A stretch of 63,530 nt of DNA, filler included, from Octopus bimaculoides (lineage: Eukaryota): NCBI RefSeq assembly GCF_001194135.2. It is 9 parts of 8 records of this genome, joined end to end, with 100 filler letters (N's around TTAATTAATTAA, not from the genome) between each part and the next. Parts side by side here need not be neighbours in the genome. Positions count along the whole stretch, not along the records: positions 1 to 18,649 come from NC_069003.1; positions 18,750 to 33,149 come from NC_068983.1; 7 more parts are not named here. The stretch is one strand, 5' to 3'. The stretch's first letter is position 1; each line of letters begins with the position of its first letter. The position numbers and the translations under genes were made by a program. Shown here piece after piece: positions 13,310-27,040 of the stretch. The notes beneath the pieces were generated by a model that saw nothing but the letters and a program-made list of their open reading frames with translations, was not told the origin of the DNA and ran no database searches.

Positions 13310-14575
13310 GAGTTTTTGGACGAGTTATGGTTAATAAAAAAATAACTTATTTACCTAAGCTTTATCATCATCTCCATCAAAATAGTCCCTTTGCATAACA
13401 ATACACCGGTCCCAGCATTCCTGCCACTTTTGGAATCTAGCATGGAAGTCGTTTTCCATAAGCAAGTCAAGGACCTTGTGCAATTTGCTGTGGATCTCAA
13501 CAGCAGTGTTAAAATAGTGACCTTTCAGCTGCCTTTTGATCTTGAGGAAGAGATAAAAGTCTGTAGGTACTAAATCTGGTAAATAGGGCAGGTGCAGAAG
13601 TGGTACCATGTTGTTTTTGGCAAGAGACTCACAAGTGAAGAGCACTCAGTGACAGGGCACATTGTCATCATGAAGAATCCAATTCTTCATGCTCCACAGA
13701 TCTGGTCGCTTTCATCAAATGTCCTTCCTTCAAATGCTTCAAAACATCACAGGAGAACTCTTGGTTGAGAGTCTGGCCCTGGGGGGTGGATTCATGATAT
13801 ACAATACCACAGATGTTGAAAAAAAACAAGCATGCTCTTGACTGAGTTGCAGCTCTGTCACGCCTTTTTCAGTTGTGAAGATGAAGGGCTCTTCGTCTAA
13901 GGGTTGTACCTGTAGACCCACCTCTTGTCACCAGTGATGATCCTTGACATGAAGGATGGGTCATCAGTGGCAAGCTGATGGAGATCTTGACAGACTTAGA
14001 CATGATGTTCTTTCTGCTCAGTGGTTAGCAGGTGAGGGACAAATTTGGCAGAGACATGCCACATGTATAATTCATATGTTAGGATTGCCTGCACGAACCC
14101 ATACGACAGACCAACAACATTGGCAATGTCGCCGATTATGCTCCGATGATCCTCATGCACAAGCTGATGAATTTTCTCCACATTTCCGGAGGTGACACCC
14201 ATGGCGGGTCTTCCAGACTGCTCATCACCTTCCAGGGATGCTCTGCTTTTGAAGTGCTCATGTCACTTGAAGCACTGCATACGACCCATTGCTTCATTAC
14301 CAAAAGCTTGCTGAAGTACGTTCAATGTCTCTGTAGCAGATTTCCCAAGTTTAACACAAAACTTTACATTGGCCCTTTGTTCCAACTTCCTGTCCATGAC
14401 AAAAATTGCAGACTACAGCAGACATGAGATCTCAAAAACACAAATTTCACAACTTGCGAAGTAAACTCAGCGATGTCACTTGGCACATTGCCTCATGAAG
14501 GTCACTGCTAGCTCTCATTGTACACACAACTGTGTGCTGTCATCTGTTGGTACACTACAGAAATAGTCCAGGGAT
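13310..14575 (-). mobile_element. Degenerate mariner (irritans-like), internally deleted
   Basis: Minus ORFs 13996-14202 (GLSYGFVQAILT..VSAKFVPHLLT) and 13355-13645 (PYLPDLVPTDFYLFLKIK..KG..FQKWQECWDRCI..DYFDGD). Boundaries approximate. Confidence 0.85.
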
Positions 14576-14838
14576 TGGCTCCTGTGCAGGTGGCACATAA
14601 AATACACCATTTTGAGCATAGCCGTTGCCAGTACTGCCTGACTGGCCTTCATGCCGGTGGTACATAAAAGCACCCACTACACTCTCGGAGTGGTTGGCGT
14701 TAGGAAGGGCATCCAGCTGTAGAAACTCTGCCAAATCAGATTGGAGCCTGGTGTAGCTATCTGGTCCACCAGTCCTCAGTCAAATCATCCAACCCATGCT
14801 AGCATGGAAAGCGGACGTTAAATGATGATGATGATGAT
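14575..14838 (+). mobile_element. SINE or LINE 3' end with (GAT)n tail; inverted copy at 18395-18649
   Basis: Shared ..gcatccagctgtagaaactctgccaaatcaga..ccaacccatgctagcatggaaagcggacgttaaa(c/t)gatgatgat, present in opposite orientations. Confidence 0.75.
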
Positions 14839-15219
14839 ACACACATAAATACATATATATCCAAAAGCATTTGCTATATATGTTTAACTCCTTTCTTCTC
14901 CATCTTCATACACATATCAACTTTCTTCACATTCATAGTTAGACTTAAACCAACTTAAACCTTCACACCCAATTCTCCACATACTTTCCACTCCACTCCC
15001 ACCCCTAATTCATACACCCGCTTGAATTTCTCGTCCTACCTTTCATTATTTTATAGAATTGTACATTATATTCCTGTCTTTGTTTAAGACTTTGTGGGAA
15101 TGATAGCTTTTGTGTTACTCTTGTTTGACAACTTTATACAATACACTCGTATATCCTATTGCCATCCTTGGCTGCTATTTCTAGCATGTGAAACTACCAC
15201 CGACTTCTTGTTGCTATTT

Positions 15220-17500
15220 AACCTCAAGTCAACTCTGATCCAATAGAACTATAATCAAAAATTCTCACCTTGGTTAATGAGTCCATCCCTGTTTGAAAGC
15301 AGTAGTGTGATTTTGGAGAGATTCGGCTGCTATTTCTAGCAGGGAAAGTGACTGAATAGTCTCCTTTATTAGATCTTAAGGCTTGCTTTTGTTGTAAAAT
15401 TGACATAAAACAATGATATATACTTTCCAACTACATGGTTCCGGGTTCAGTCCCACTGCATGGCACCATGGGTAAGTGTCTTCCACTCCTTTCTAAATGC
15501 CAAATAAACACTTACAACAGGTGGGTTTTCTGATTGGATGAATATACTCAGAACTCTAGAAAATCATGAAGATAGCATGGAACATAACAGGGCAATGTTG
15601 AGCTGGCTAACACAAAAGTCAGATAAAAACATTGTGAATCAGCAGCTTGAGGAACAGTTGAGAAAAAACATGGAGTACTATTTTGAAGTACTAAAAAGAG
15701 TAATTGCAGTTATAAAGCTTTTAAGTGAAAGAGGTTTAGCATTTAGAGGTCCTGGGGAAAAGTGGGGCTCCCCAAACAATGGAAATTTCATGGGGGCCAT
15801 TGAGCTTATTGCGGAGTTTGACCCATTTTTACATGAATGTTTAGAGAAATGTAAAAATGAAAAAGTAAGTATTACTTACCTATCCAAATCTGTGCAAGAA
15901 GAATTGATAGAAATCATGGGAAAACATGAAAGATGAAATGGTGACTCAGTTCAACAACCTAGACATCAAATACTACTCAATTATTGTTGATTCTATACCT
16001 AACATGACACATGTTGAGCAGCTGGTAATTGTGGTTCGATACTGTTATAATGGAAAGCCCTGTGAGAGATTTTTAGCATTTTTGCCAATAGGAAACATTC
16101 ATCCATGACCTTATTCAACAAAATAACCTAATTTCTGGGGAGCATAAGCTTTCACTTGAAAATATCTGTGGTCAGTCATACGATAATACTTCCAACATGA
16201 AAGGCTTGGAGAAAGGGCTGCAAGCACTTTTTAAAAACATTAACAGGTATGCATACTATGTACCATGTGGAAGGCATTCACTCAACCTTGTTTGACAGTG
16301 TCTACTGCACCTGAAGTTGTTGACTATTTTGGCATCTTGTGGCAGCTGTATGTTTTCTTTTCTCAATCTCCTCAAAGATGAGGGATTTTGAACACGCAGG
16401 GCAATCTAGTCTTTTCTCTAAAGAGCTTAAGTGTAACTAATTGGTCTGCACATTATGAAACAGTCTGGGCAATTAAAAATGGATAAAAGGATATTTTACA
16501 AACTCTCAAATATGTTTGAAAACTTAGAAGAGAAGTCAGAATGTAAGTGACATGCAAAGAATTTATACCACAAATTGGTAAAATTGGAATATGCTATTTT
16601 AACAGTCGTTTGGGACGAAGTTATGGAGTGTTTTAACAAAACAAGTAAGAAACTCCAAATCCCTGGTTCTGATGTATTTGAAGGTTACCTTCTGCTAGCA
16701 TCTTTGCTTTCATTTGTTAAAGAACTACAAGAAAATTCAGCCAACAGAATTGCACCCTATGAATCAGTAGCAAAAGGTTTACATGAATATATCACCTCAA
16801 ATTATTCTGGGGAACAAAGAAATTTGCAGATGGAACAAGTGATAGGGCTTCCTTGAAAGGGGCTGAAAAATTTAGGATAGAAGTTCTAAATGAAGTCTAT
16901 GACTGCTTGATAATCCAGTTAAGCAAGAGCATGGACCCATATGAGCAGATTGTGAAAAGGCTCAAGTTTCTCTCAGAATTGATGAACAATTCAGAATTTG
17001 ATGAGAACAGTATCAAACTTATAATATCACATTACAAAAAGGATATTGACCACAAATTAATAAATGAGTGTTATCAGTTCAAAGAGTATTTACACCTTAG
17101 GAAATCCCAGAACACAGAAGAAAACATACCATCTAAAATGCAAAGCATAAAAGTTCTTCAGCTTATTTATGAGCAACAATTAATTGCAGTGTCCCCTAAT
17201 ATTACCACTGCGTATAAGCTGTACTTGACAATACCTGCCATGAGCTGTGAAGCAGAAAGAAGTTTCTCAAAGCTTTCCTTTGTAAAGAATAATTTTCAGT
17301 CTGCCATGATTGAAGAGCACTTAAATTCCTTAAGCATGTTGTCTCTAGAGAATGACATTGCAAGGAAGCTGTCATATGAAAAAAAACTGTTGCTTCAAAA
17401 AAGAGAAAAAAGAGTGTTTTGTAATTTTCATATGTATCTTAATGATGCATCGTGCATGTATATAACACTTCCCTAATTTTCAACCCCCCATAACTCTAAA
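15220..17500 (+). mobile_element. Degenerate hAT transposase (ZMYM1/DUF4371-like with hAT C-terminal dimerisation domain)
   Basis: ORFs 15538-15936 (LAFRG..NNGNFMGAIELIAEFDPFL), 15926-16108 (YYSIIVDS..EQLVIVVRY) and 16853-17476 (TIPAMSCEAERSFSKLSFVKN..EEHLNSLSMLSLE). Multiple frameshifts; boundaries approximate. Confidence 0.88.
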
Positions 17501-17864
17501 AATATAAGGCTTAGCCTGGAAAATATTTGTAGTGACCTGCCATGGAACAGCCACACTGACAAAGATATTGGTGATTACCCACAGCTCGTTTCTGGTGGAA
17601 AGAGGGCTCATTTTCAGACCCATTTTTAAGGACTCCACATCACAACTCCACCATTTGGGCTATCAAGGCCTCAAGCTGGAATTCCTTGCAAGGGCATGAA
17701 TATTCTGTGACCCTTGTTGGAAGTTACCCTACTGTTGCTAGTTGTAAAGCCCCTACATCCATAACATTTTAAGTTTCAGGGCTGCCCCAAAATTGTAGAT
17801 CTGCCACTGGTCTTACCTATGCAATCATGGAAAAGTGGGCAGTAAAACAATGAAGACAATGAGG

Positions 17865-17899
<35 letters not shown>

Positions 17900-18693
17900 G
17901 TTTGTTGTGTAAGGCCGGAAGACTGTGAGAAGATAGAAAATAAACTGGAAAAAGAAAAGAGCATAAAACAAAGCTTCCTTTTGTAGTTTACTTTGTACCT
18001 TCTCACATTGTTCTGGCCTTACACAATAAATCTCTTAAAGTAATACCACACAATGCAAAATTACTTCATTTTATATAAGAATTATATAACATGAAGATGG
18101 AAAATACCAGGCTTTGATAGCTAATTATAGCATTTATTTCTGTACCGGATGCCAACTTTAAATTGCTGAGTTTATATTTATATATCATTGTTTAAGATTA
18201 TTCTTTAGAATTACAATATAATTAAGTATTTTCCAATAACACACATACACACATCCATGCATGTGCTTGTACACGCACACACCATGTACATACACAAATA
18301 TACACACATATATACATATATATATCATATACATATACACACATACATATGCATTATATACAAAACACATGCACATATATAATATATATATATCATCATC
18401 ATCGTTTAACGTCCGCTTTCCATGCTAGCATGGGTTGGACGATTTGACTGAGGACTGGTGAAACCGGATGGCAACACCAGGCTCCAGTCTGATTTGGCAG
18501 AGTTTCTACAGCTGGATGCCCTTCCTAACGCCAACCACTCAGAGAGTGTAGTGGGTGCTTTTACGTGTCACCCGCACGAAAACGGCCACGCTCGAAATGG
18601 TGTCTTTTATGTGCCACCCGCACAAGCCAGTCCAGGGGCACTGGCAACGNNNNNNNNNNNNNNNNNNNNNNNNNNNNNNNNNNNNNNNNNNNN

Positions 18694-18705
18694 TTAATTA
18701 ATTAA
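18694..18705. other. Assembly gap linker TTAATTAATTAA (technical, not biological)
   Basis: The same 12-mer is centred in ~100-nt N gaps at 18694, 33194, 44379, 49959, 55979, 57313, 59421 and 61621. Confidence 0.95.
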
Positions 18706-20163
18706 NNNNNNNNNNNNNNNNNNNNNNNNNNNNNNNNNNNNNNNNNNNNAGAGAGAGACACACACACACTCACGTACACACACACTCCCACACTCACACA
18801 AAACACTCCCACGCACACACACAGATGCACACATACATACACACACAGACGCACACATATGTACACACCCTCACACATACATACGGTTGCTCTCTCTCTC
18901 ACACACACACCACAAGGACGATTAAAACAACACATACATACTCAGAAAAATAGATATACGCACACTCTCACGTACACACACCTAACATCCCCACCGACAC
19001 AAAAACACACAAACACACGCACTCACAAACGTACTCACGCACTCACAAACGTACTCACGCACACACATGAACAAACACATATACACATACACACACATGC
19101 GCACACACAACACTCTAACAAATATTAAATACACACATACACACCCACACAAACGTGCACACACATACATACACACACATACGTACACACCCTCACACAT
19201 ACATACGGTTGCTCTCTTACACACACACCACAAGGACGATCAAAACAACACATACATACTCAGACAAAGAGATATACGCACACCCTAACGTACACACACC
19301 TAACATCTCCACCGACACAAAAAACACTCAAACACACACTCATATANNNNNNNNNNNNNNNNNNNNNNNNNNNNNNNNNNNNNNNNNNNNNNNNNNNNNN
19401 NNNNNNNNNNNNNNNNNNNNNNNNNNNNNNNNNNNNNNNNNNNNNNNNNNNNNNNNNNNNNNNNNNNNNNNNNNNNNNNNNNNNNNNNNNNNNNNNNNNN
19501 NNNNNNNNNNNNNNNNNNNNNNNNNNNNNNNNNNNNNNNNNNNNNNNNNNNNNNNNNNNNNNNNNNNNNNNNNNNNNNNNNNNNNNNNNNNNNNNNNNNN
19601 NNNNNNNNNNNNNNNNNNNNNNNNNNNNNNNNNNNNNNNNNNNNNNNNNNNNNNNNNNNNNNNNNNNNNNNNNNNNNNNNNNNNNNNNNNNNNNNNNNNN
19701 NNNNNNNNNNNNNNNNNNNNNNNNNNNNNNNNNNNNNNNNNNNNNNNNNNNNNNNNNNNNNNNNNNNNNNNNNNNNNNNNNNNNNNNNNNNNNNNNNNNN
19801 NNNNNNNNNNNNNNNNNNNNNNNNNNNNNNNNNNNNNNNNNNNNNNNNNNNNNNNNNNNNNNNNNNNNNNNNNNNNNNNNNNNNNNNNNNNNNNNNNNNN
19901 NNNNNNNNNNNNNNNNNNNNNNNNNNNNNNNNNNNNNNNNNNNNNNNNNNNNNNNNNNNNNNNNNNNNNNNNNNNNNNNNNNNNNNNNNNNNNNNNNNNN
20001 NNNNNNNNNNNNNNNNNNNNNNNNNNNNNNNNNNNNNNNNNNNNNNNNNNNNNNNNNNNNNNNNNNNNNNNNNNNNNNNNNNNNNNNNNNNNNNNNNNNN
20101 NNNNNNNNNNNNNNNNNNNNNNNNNNNNNNNNNNNNNNNNNNNNNNNNNNNNNNNNNNNNNNN

Positions 20164-20304
20164 AAAGGGCATTAACTGTGTATTAATACCTCACGCTATC
20201 GAGGGACTAAATAAGTAAAAAAACTACCAAAAATAAGCAGGTAGTTTTTTGACTTATTTAGTCCCTCGATAGCGTGAGGCATTAATACACAGTTAATGCC
20301 CTTT
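20164..20304. repeat. Near-perfect palindrome: 65-bp arms with an 11-nt loop
   Basis: 20164-20228 versus the reverse complement of 20240-20304 match at 63/65 positions (counted by eye). Confidence 0.95.
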
Positions 20305-21289
20305 ATATATAATTATATATGTAGATATATATATTTATGTATGTGTATATATACATACATACATATATATATCTACATATATATATAGTCAAAATAAGCA
20401 ACAAGGATATCCAAAGTTAATGCAGTATGGTCGTTTCATGTGACTCCATTTAATTAAGAAATGTGAACATTAAATCAAATATAAAATGCAGAGCAATCCT
20501 CACTGCACAAAGATATAGAAATTTAATGAAATTACATTTAAACAGAAGGACATATTTTTATAACTACATTTTAACTCTCCAAGTAGGAAAGAAGAATGCA
20601 AAAAACCATTTTGACTTAGCCAGACCATATAGGGTAGTAAATAATTCTAAGCAGATTTTTAACTGTCACTGATTCTATTTGTATTTTTGTTTCTGATTTA
20701 TGGACCATCTTATCAGACCTAGTGATTCAAAGCTTAAGAGGGCACTGGCATTTTCTTTGTAGGGAAAGGGGTAAACAGTATAGACAGTAAACATGGATGA
20801 TATAGTTATACAATTTCTTAGGGTTTAGTGACAAACTACTATAGGGATGGTGGTTTCTCCACTAAGCAGACCAGTTTATAATGGCGCAGGGGAAGTCTTA
20901 TCATAAGGCACCTAGGTCAAACGTATATAAAAATAAAGTTGCTATATTGTATACAGATACAGTAAATGGTTGTTCATGGTTTTCATTAATCAGAATAATG
21001 TATCAGTATTGTTTTACATATGCTAAGTTCGAAATACTTGAGGTACCAATATTTGCTTAATTAATATGTGAATAAATAAAAGCTAATTATAAATTAATAA
21101 TGAAATAAAAAGAAATAGTGTATAAAAATGTAAATAATCAATTAATGCAGTATGCAAAAACCATGAAGTGGTATTAATTTAAAATGCTATGGTAATGAAA
21201 GCATCTAGAAATATTTTGTTTGGTATATGTACATTCTCATTCAATGGCTGTACTGTAAACTTCATCTTTTGAGTAACCTCATTAAAGCA

Positions 21290-22680
21290 AGTCTTGTGGT
21301 GTGAGGTCTGGTAGACACAGAGGTTCTTCTACTGAACTTCTTTATCCAGTTCACCTGTTTGGTGGGCTCTTACATTGCTATGTAAAGGTGTGTAAGGTAG
21401 ATCTATGGTTGTGTAACCCACTTTATAGGAAATAAATTCACATCTTCAAAGTTCTTTTGAATGTTTGGTATGAGAGATTGTTACAGAAAGTTCAAATAAA
21501 TGGGACTAATCACAGTGTTGTGTAAAAAGAATGGTCCACTTGATCTTTCTGCTGATAAGCTGCACCATTCTATAATGCTTGGTAAATTATCATAATGTTA
21601 CTCCATAAAATGTGGATTCTCAAGTTCCCAGTAAGTGCAATTGTGGTGGTTAATTGAGCCATTTAATGTAAATGTAGCCTCTTCACTCCAAACAATTTTT
21701 GTTGGAAAGTGTATATCTTCTTCACATCTTGCCAAATATCATTCATAAAACTTCTTTTTTTGGTTGAGATCATCTTCGTTGAGAGTGTAGCAAGATTCAA
21801 AACTGAATTGACAAATTGCCAAGTTAAAATCAGAGCTTAGCAACAACTTTTTCATGTTATTAGCAGAATTATGAACCAATCAGTATAGAGACATCATGTG
21901 ATGCATCTTTCTAGAAGTTGCTAGAACGTTCCTTTACAAAGCTTATAAATAGGTATGTTTTGAGCACCAATCTTCAGTTAGTGGCTGCTCACAGCTAAGC
22001 TAACCACATTCTCATTTTACTGCTTTTCAACAGTTGTTCTCATGACTCTTTACCCAAACTAGATAACATCTTTAGTTTGCTAACATGAACCCAGTGTGTA
22101 TATTTTCTCCAGTCTTGACAGCTTAATTACAGAACCTTCTTGATTAACTATTTGTATGATCTACAGAATTGTCTTTCCAGTGTGTAAACATTGTTTGTAG
22201 CATTTTTAATTCATGAGCAACCTGGAGAATATTTGTATGGTGAAATAATTGTTCATGAGTGTTGTGCATTCATTATATGCAGCTTGAACCCAACTCAACT
22301 GCAGCATCTCATATCCTTTATCCTATGTCTATTGTGACAACAGTTAATTACACCTTATGACAAGAGCAAGGACTATACTTGGAATGTAACTTTTCCAATG
22401 ACAGCTTCAAAATGCGATGGATGTTTCATTTTGAAATTCCTATTTCACAACTCTGATTTTCTTAAACTCTGGTGATATATTTCTAGTCCCCTTTCTTACT
22501 TTGTAGAGATTGTCAATGTCTGCAGTCTACCATAATGTTTCTTTTGAACATTCTGAACTGTTCTATCCACTTCAAAGTCATCTATAATTGGCATGGATCT
22601 GTTTGAAACTCTCTCCTAAACTGTCTTTGCACATTGACTGCATTTACAAATAAATTCCCTTTGACCTAAGCTTAGTCTGT
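21290..22680 (-). mobile_element. Highly degenerate Tc1/mariner-superfamily transposase (DUF4817-type N-terminus)
   Basis: Manual minus translation gives NVQRQFRREFQTDP near 22600-22650 and [28 protein letters not shown] near 21620-21790. SGPFF and PDL remnants lie further 3'. Many stops. Confidence 0.7.
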
Positions 22681-22709
22681 CTCCTTTCATTATTTCGAAT
22701 GGTCTAAAT

Positions 22710-23017
22710 CAGGCCTGACCAACTTGAATTTCATTGCAGGCCACTTTAATCACAGAAAGTTTTTTGAGAGTCACTTGTATACTTTATGCAGTAATAGGTC
22801 AAATAATTAAATCACAGAATCAATAAGTTTTCATACTTTTTGTTCGTTTAAGATTATAAAATTGTAGGCTATTGCTTTATTGCCACTTATAAATTTTAAA
22901 TTTATTTTGAAACAAATGTTTTACACAAACAATTTTATTTTGAAATTAAACACAACACCTCAAGAAAGTATCAAGTGGGCCCCAAGATAGAAGCAGGCCT
23001 CAGGTTGGCCAGCCCTG
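22710..23017. mobile_element. hAT (Charlie-type) MITE
   Basis: TIRs caggcctgaccaac and gttggccagccctg. Degenerate 8-bp TSD gtctaaat / ggctaaaa (6/8). Confidence 0.7.
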
Positions 23018-24129
23018 GGCTAAAACTAAAAAGAAATTAAAATTAGGTGAGATATCTCATTTATTCTCATTTACTCATTTACTTGTTTCAGTCATTTGAC
23101 TGTGGCCATGCTGGAGCACCGCCTTTAGTCGAACAAATCGACCCCAGGACTTATTCTTTGTAAGCCTTGTACTTATTCTNNNNNNNNNNNNNNNNNNNNN
23201 NNNNNNNNNNNNNNNNNNNNNNNNNNNNNNNNNNNNNNNNNNNNNNNNNNNNNNNNNNNNNNNNNNNNNNNNNNNNNNNNNNNNNNNNNNNNNNNNNNNN
23301 NNNNNNNNNNNNNNNNNNNNNNNNNNNNNNNNNNNNNNNNNNNNNNNNNNNNNNNNNNNNNNNNNNNNNNNNNNNNNNNNNNNNNNNNNNNNNNNNNNNN
23401 NNNNNNNNNNNNNNNNNNNNNNNNNNNNNNNNNNNNNNNNNNNNNNNNNNNNNNNNNNNNNNNNNNNNNNNNNNNNNNNNNNNNNNNNNNNNNNNNNNNN
23501 NNNNNNNNNNNNNNNNNNNNNNNNNNNNNNNNNNNNNNNNNNNNNNNNNNNNNNNNNNNNNNNNNNNNNNNNNNNNNNNNNNNNNNNNNNNNNNNNNNNN
23601 NNNNCACACGCACACACACACATACATGTAATGTGTTTGTATGTATGTTTCACCTAAACCACACTTTATCACCTTCTTCTTCACTCCTTCTCTCTTCTCT
23701 GCCTCTTGAGCTTTGTATTTCAATTCTCTTTGTCATTCACACTCTATATATTTGTATTGCATAATAAGCTTATTTCTGTCTCAACATCCTTCTCATGTAT
23801 GTACAAAAAATACTGCATATTGTAAAGTCATAATCACCTGTTTTAAAGTAAACGTTATTTTGTTGAATATTTTAGTGAAACAATTTGCAATATAAATTAA
23901 AATTTTTAATGTTATATATATATGGAACATATTTCACTGAGCATGTTTTTAAAATTAAATGAGAAAATATGTACTTCAGATAAAATAAAAAGCTTACTAA
24001 ATTTTCATTAAAGAGGATTTCAGCTCGACATTGTTGTAATGATCTCAAACCAATTCTGTTTAGCAAAAAAAGAGAGACAATATTATTTTATTTTATAGCA
24101 AATATTTTTAAACAAATATTATTTTGTAT

Positions 24130-24535
24130 ACTCTTTTACTTGTTTCAGTCATTTGACTGCAGCCATGCTGGAGCACCGCCTTTAGTCGAGCAAATCGACC
24201 CTAGGACTTATTCCTTGGAAGCCTAGTACTTATTCTATCGGTCTCTTTTGCCAAACCGCTAATTTACGGGCACGTAAACACACCAGTATCGGTTGTCAAG
24301 CGATGTTGGGGGGACAAACACAGACAAACAAACATATACACACACATACATATATATATATACATATATACGACAGGCTTCTTTCAGTTTCTGTCTACCA
24401 AATCCACTCACAAAGCTTTGGTTGGCCCGAGGTTATAGTAGAAGAAACTTGCCTAAGGTGCCACGCAGTGGGACTGAACCCAGAACCATGTGGTTGGTAA
24501 GCAAGCTACTTACCACACAGCCACTCCTACGCCTA
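24130..24535 (-). mobile_element. Full-length tRNA-derived SINE with an internal CA/TA microsatellite
   Basis: Minus strand: head gtggctgtgtggtaag..gggttcagtcccactgcgtggcacc, then a microsatellite, then a body ending gactgaaacaagtaaaagag. Partial copies: 1-345, 2310-2455, 8445-9125, 23075-23180, 32655-32810, 38610-38850, 43640-43860, 47150-47395 and 55760-55925. Confidence 0.85.
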
Positions 24536-25739
24536 TGTATATGAATATGCAAATTTAAATGTGTGTGTGTGTGTGTGTGTGCGTGTGCATATGAATCCTA
24601 CTCTTCTAGCTCCTTCTCATTTTTATATCTGCTTTTCATGCTAGCATAGGTCACACAGGTCATCACAGTTCAAATCATTTCTTATTTAGAATTATTCCTC
24701 TCTTAGATGGGTTGTAGGAGCATGTCTCACTTGTAGCTCTCATTTTTTAATAATGTTCCTTCAGTTAGATGCTCTTTTTCAAGACCAATCATTCAAGATA
24801 GTATATTGGGAATATTTGATAGTGGTGCCAGTGCAGTAGAGGTTGTCATACCTTCATCAAGAATAAAGGGTTCCTTTGATCCTACATTGTTTCTGTTCAT
24901 TTGCCAACCCCTTTACAGAGTGTACAGGGTGCATTTCATTATAGAACCAGTGCTAGTGAGGTAGTGTTGTACCCTGTAAGACTAGAGTCCTCATTACATT
25001 ATTGTGCACCCATTCATTCAGAGTGTCATGACCATAAAGATGAAGAGAAGAGAAATCAATTACAAAACAACTAAGATGAATTGGTGTAAGAATGAAGAGC
25101 ATGATGAGAGAAACAAGGTGATTGAGAAGAGATAGAAGTAGAGGGGGAGAGAAAGAGAGGGAAGGGATATAAAGGAACTGAGATGGAGGATGGTAAAAGA
25201 AAGCTGATGAATACCAATAATGATTGGTCTGGTGGAAAAGAAAATGATAAAAGAACCTAAAGGGTTAGGGTTAGGGTCTTTTCAACTTGCTTGGCAACAT
25301 ACCTTCGTTAGACATCTTTTCACCACAAACAACACACACTGGAAGAGGTTGATTCTCGTTGCCAGCCCAATGAAACCCAGACTTTAAATAGCTATTGCAA
25401 TTTTTACAATTGGGTCAAGCTTTCGTATTATTATCACTACGCTTAGTTGCTTTTGATGAATGTTCACTTTCAGATTCATAATCGTCATGATTATGTTTCC
25501 TCTTAATAAACTTTTCCATTTTATGGGTAATTTAGTCTGTTAAATATGAATTGTGTCACACAAAGAGCACAGATTACTAACAGAATCAAATTGAGACTAA
25601 GACAAGTGACTAGTGAGCTGTGAAAAGTGGCAGTATGTCACATATTATCAGACTCTTTTGAGAAGTCTTTCAAAATTAATTGAATAGATGAAAATTCTCA
25701 CCACTATATGAATGAAAAAAAATTAAATATAGCCGCAAT

Positions 25740-27040
25740 ATGTGAGGATGTATTAAAAAATTTAGTTCAACATCGTATATTTTAGTTCAATAGTTTATTT
25801 TTCACATTTATTATTGAAATGAAAACTGTTGAGGCTACGACCAAAATAAACTGAAATATAGTCGTGTACCGAATATGTCCATTGGACATGAATTTCAAGG
25901 ATAGATTGATGCTAATTTAGCTCTTATCCTTATAAAATTTTTGAATCATTTTGGAATCTATTTTGTTTATTTTCTAGTTAATTTTAGTTAATTTTTGTTT
26001 GTTTTCAGATCATTAAAATGGAATGTCAAGTTAAGAAAAATGAGCATTTTCGGCACCTCCTTCTTTTTGCTTTTAATCAAGGTTCTAAGGCTGCAAAATC
26101 TGCTTGCGACACTTGTGCTGTGTATGGAGAGAGTGCCATAGCTGAAAGAACCGCTTGTGATTGGTATGCCAAGTTCAAAAATGGAAATTTTGACCTCAAA
26201 GACGCACCTCGTTCTGGCCGTCCAATTGAGTTCAATGAGGGGCGATTAAACCAACTTTTGCACGAAAATTCTCATCAAACGACAAGGGAACTAACAGAGA
26301 AAATGGAATGCTCCCACACTGCTATAGAGAAGCATCTTCACTTGATGGGAAAGGTTCGAAAGTATGGAGCATGGTTTCTGCATGCTTTAAGTGACAACAA
26401 CAAAAATCAATGAGCCACAATCTCCACTGGTCTGCTTGCTCGTCACCACTCAACTCATAGACACAAGCAACGATTTCCTTACCGAATTGTTACTGGTGAC
26501 GTAAAATGGTGCCTGTACATCAATATGAAGCAGTGTAAGGAATGGCTTAGTCCCAGTAAACAAGCGACACAGCGCGTGAAACAAGATCTTCATCTGCATA
26601 AAACGATGTTGTGTGTATGGAGGGGCTGGGAAGGGATTATCTATTATGAATTGCTTGAACAGAACCAAACAGTCAGCATGGAACTCTATGTTCAACAGAT
26701 GGAACGACTCAACATGGCTATTCAAGAGAAAAGACCTAATCGGCAGCATGGAGTTCTTCTGCTGCATGACAATACCCTCCCTCATATCGCCAACATGACC
26801 AAGGAAGCCATTCAAATGCATGGCTGGGAAGTGTTGCAACACCTGCCGTACTCACCTGATTTGGCACTAATGGATTTCCACCTCGTTTGATCTCCTTCAA
26901 ATGCTCTGCATGGAGTTTCATTCAATACTGATGCAGAAATGGATTAATTTTTTGAGTCGAAATCTGGTGATTTTTACCAACGAGGTATTGAAAATCTTGT
27001 TGAATGTTGGGAAGAAGTTAGAAACAACAAGGGTGAATAC
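25740..27040 (+). mobile_element. Degenerate mariner (mellifera-like), D,D34D; transposase frame 26018 to ~26950 with in-frame stops
   Basis: ORFs 26018-26413 and 26525-26890 share one frame. Motifs: EHFRHLLLFAF, RSGRP, VTGDVKW, LLHDNT, PYSPDLALMDFHL (D34D). A TIR-like start gaggatgtattaaaaa lies near 25744; no right TIR seen. Confidence 0.9.

Noticed and set aside
15224-15430. Minus ORF with an AAG|GTGAGA donor near 15270
   Set aside because: It overlaps what reads as the decayed N-terminal region of the plus-strand hAT transposase, and the peptide is unconvincing.
25261-25276. agggttagggttaggg as an interstitial telomeric repeat
   Set aside because: Only about 2.5 units; too short to distinguish from chance.
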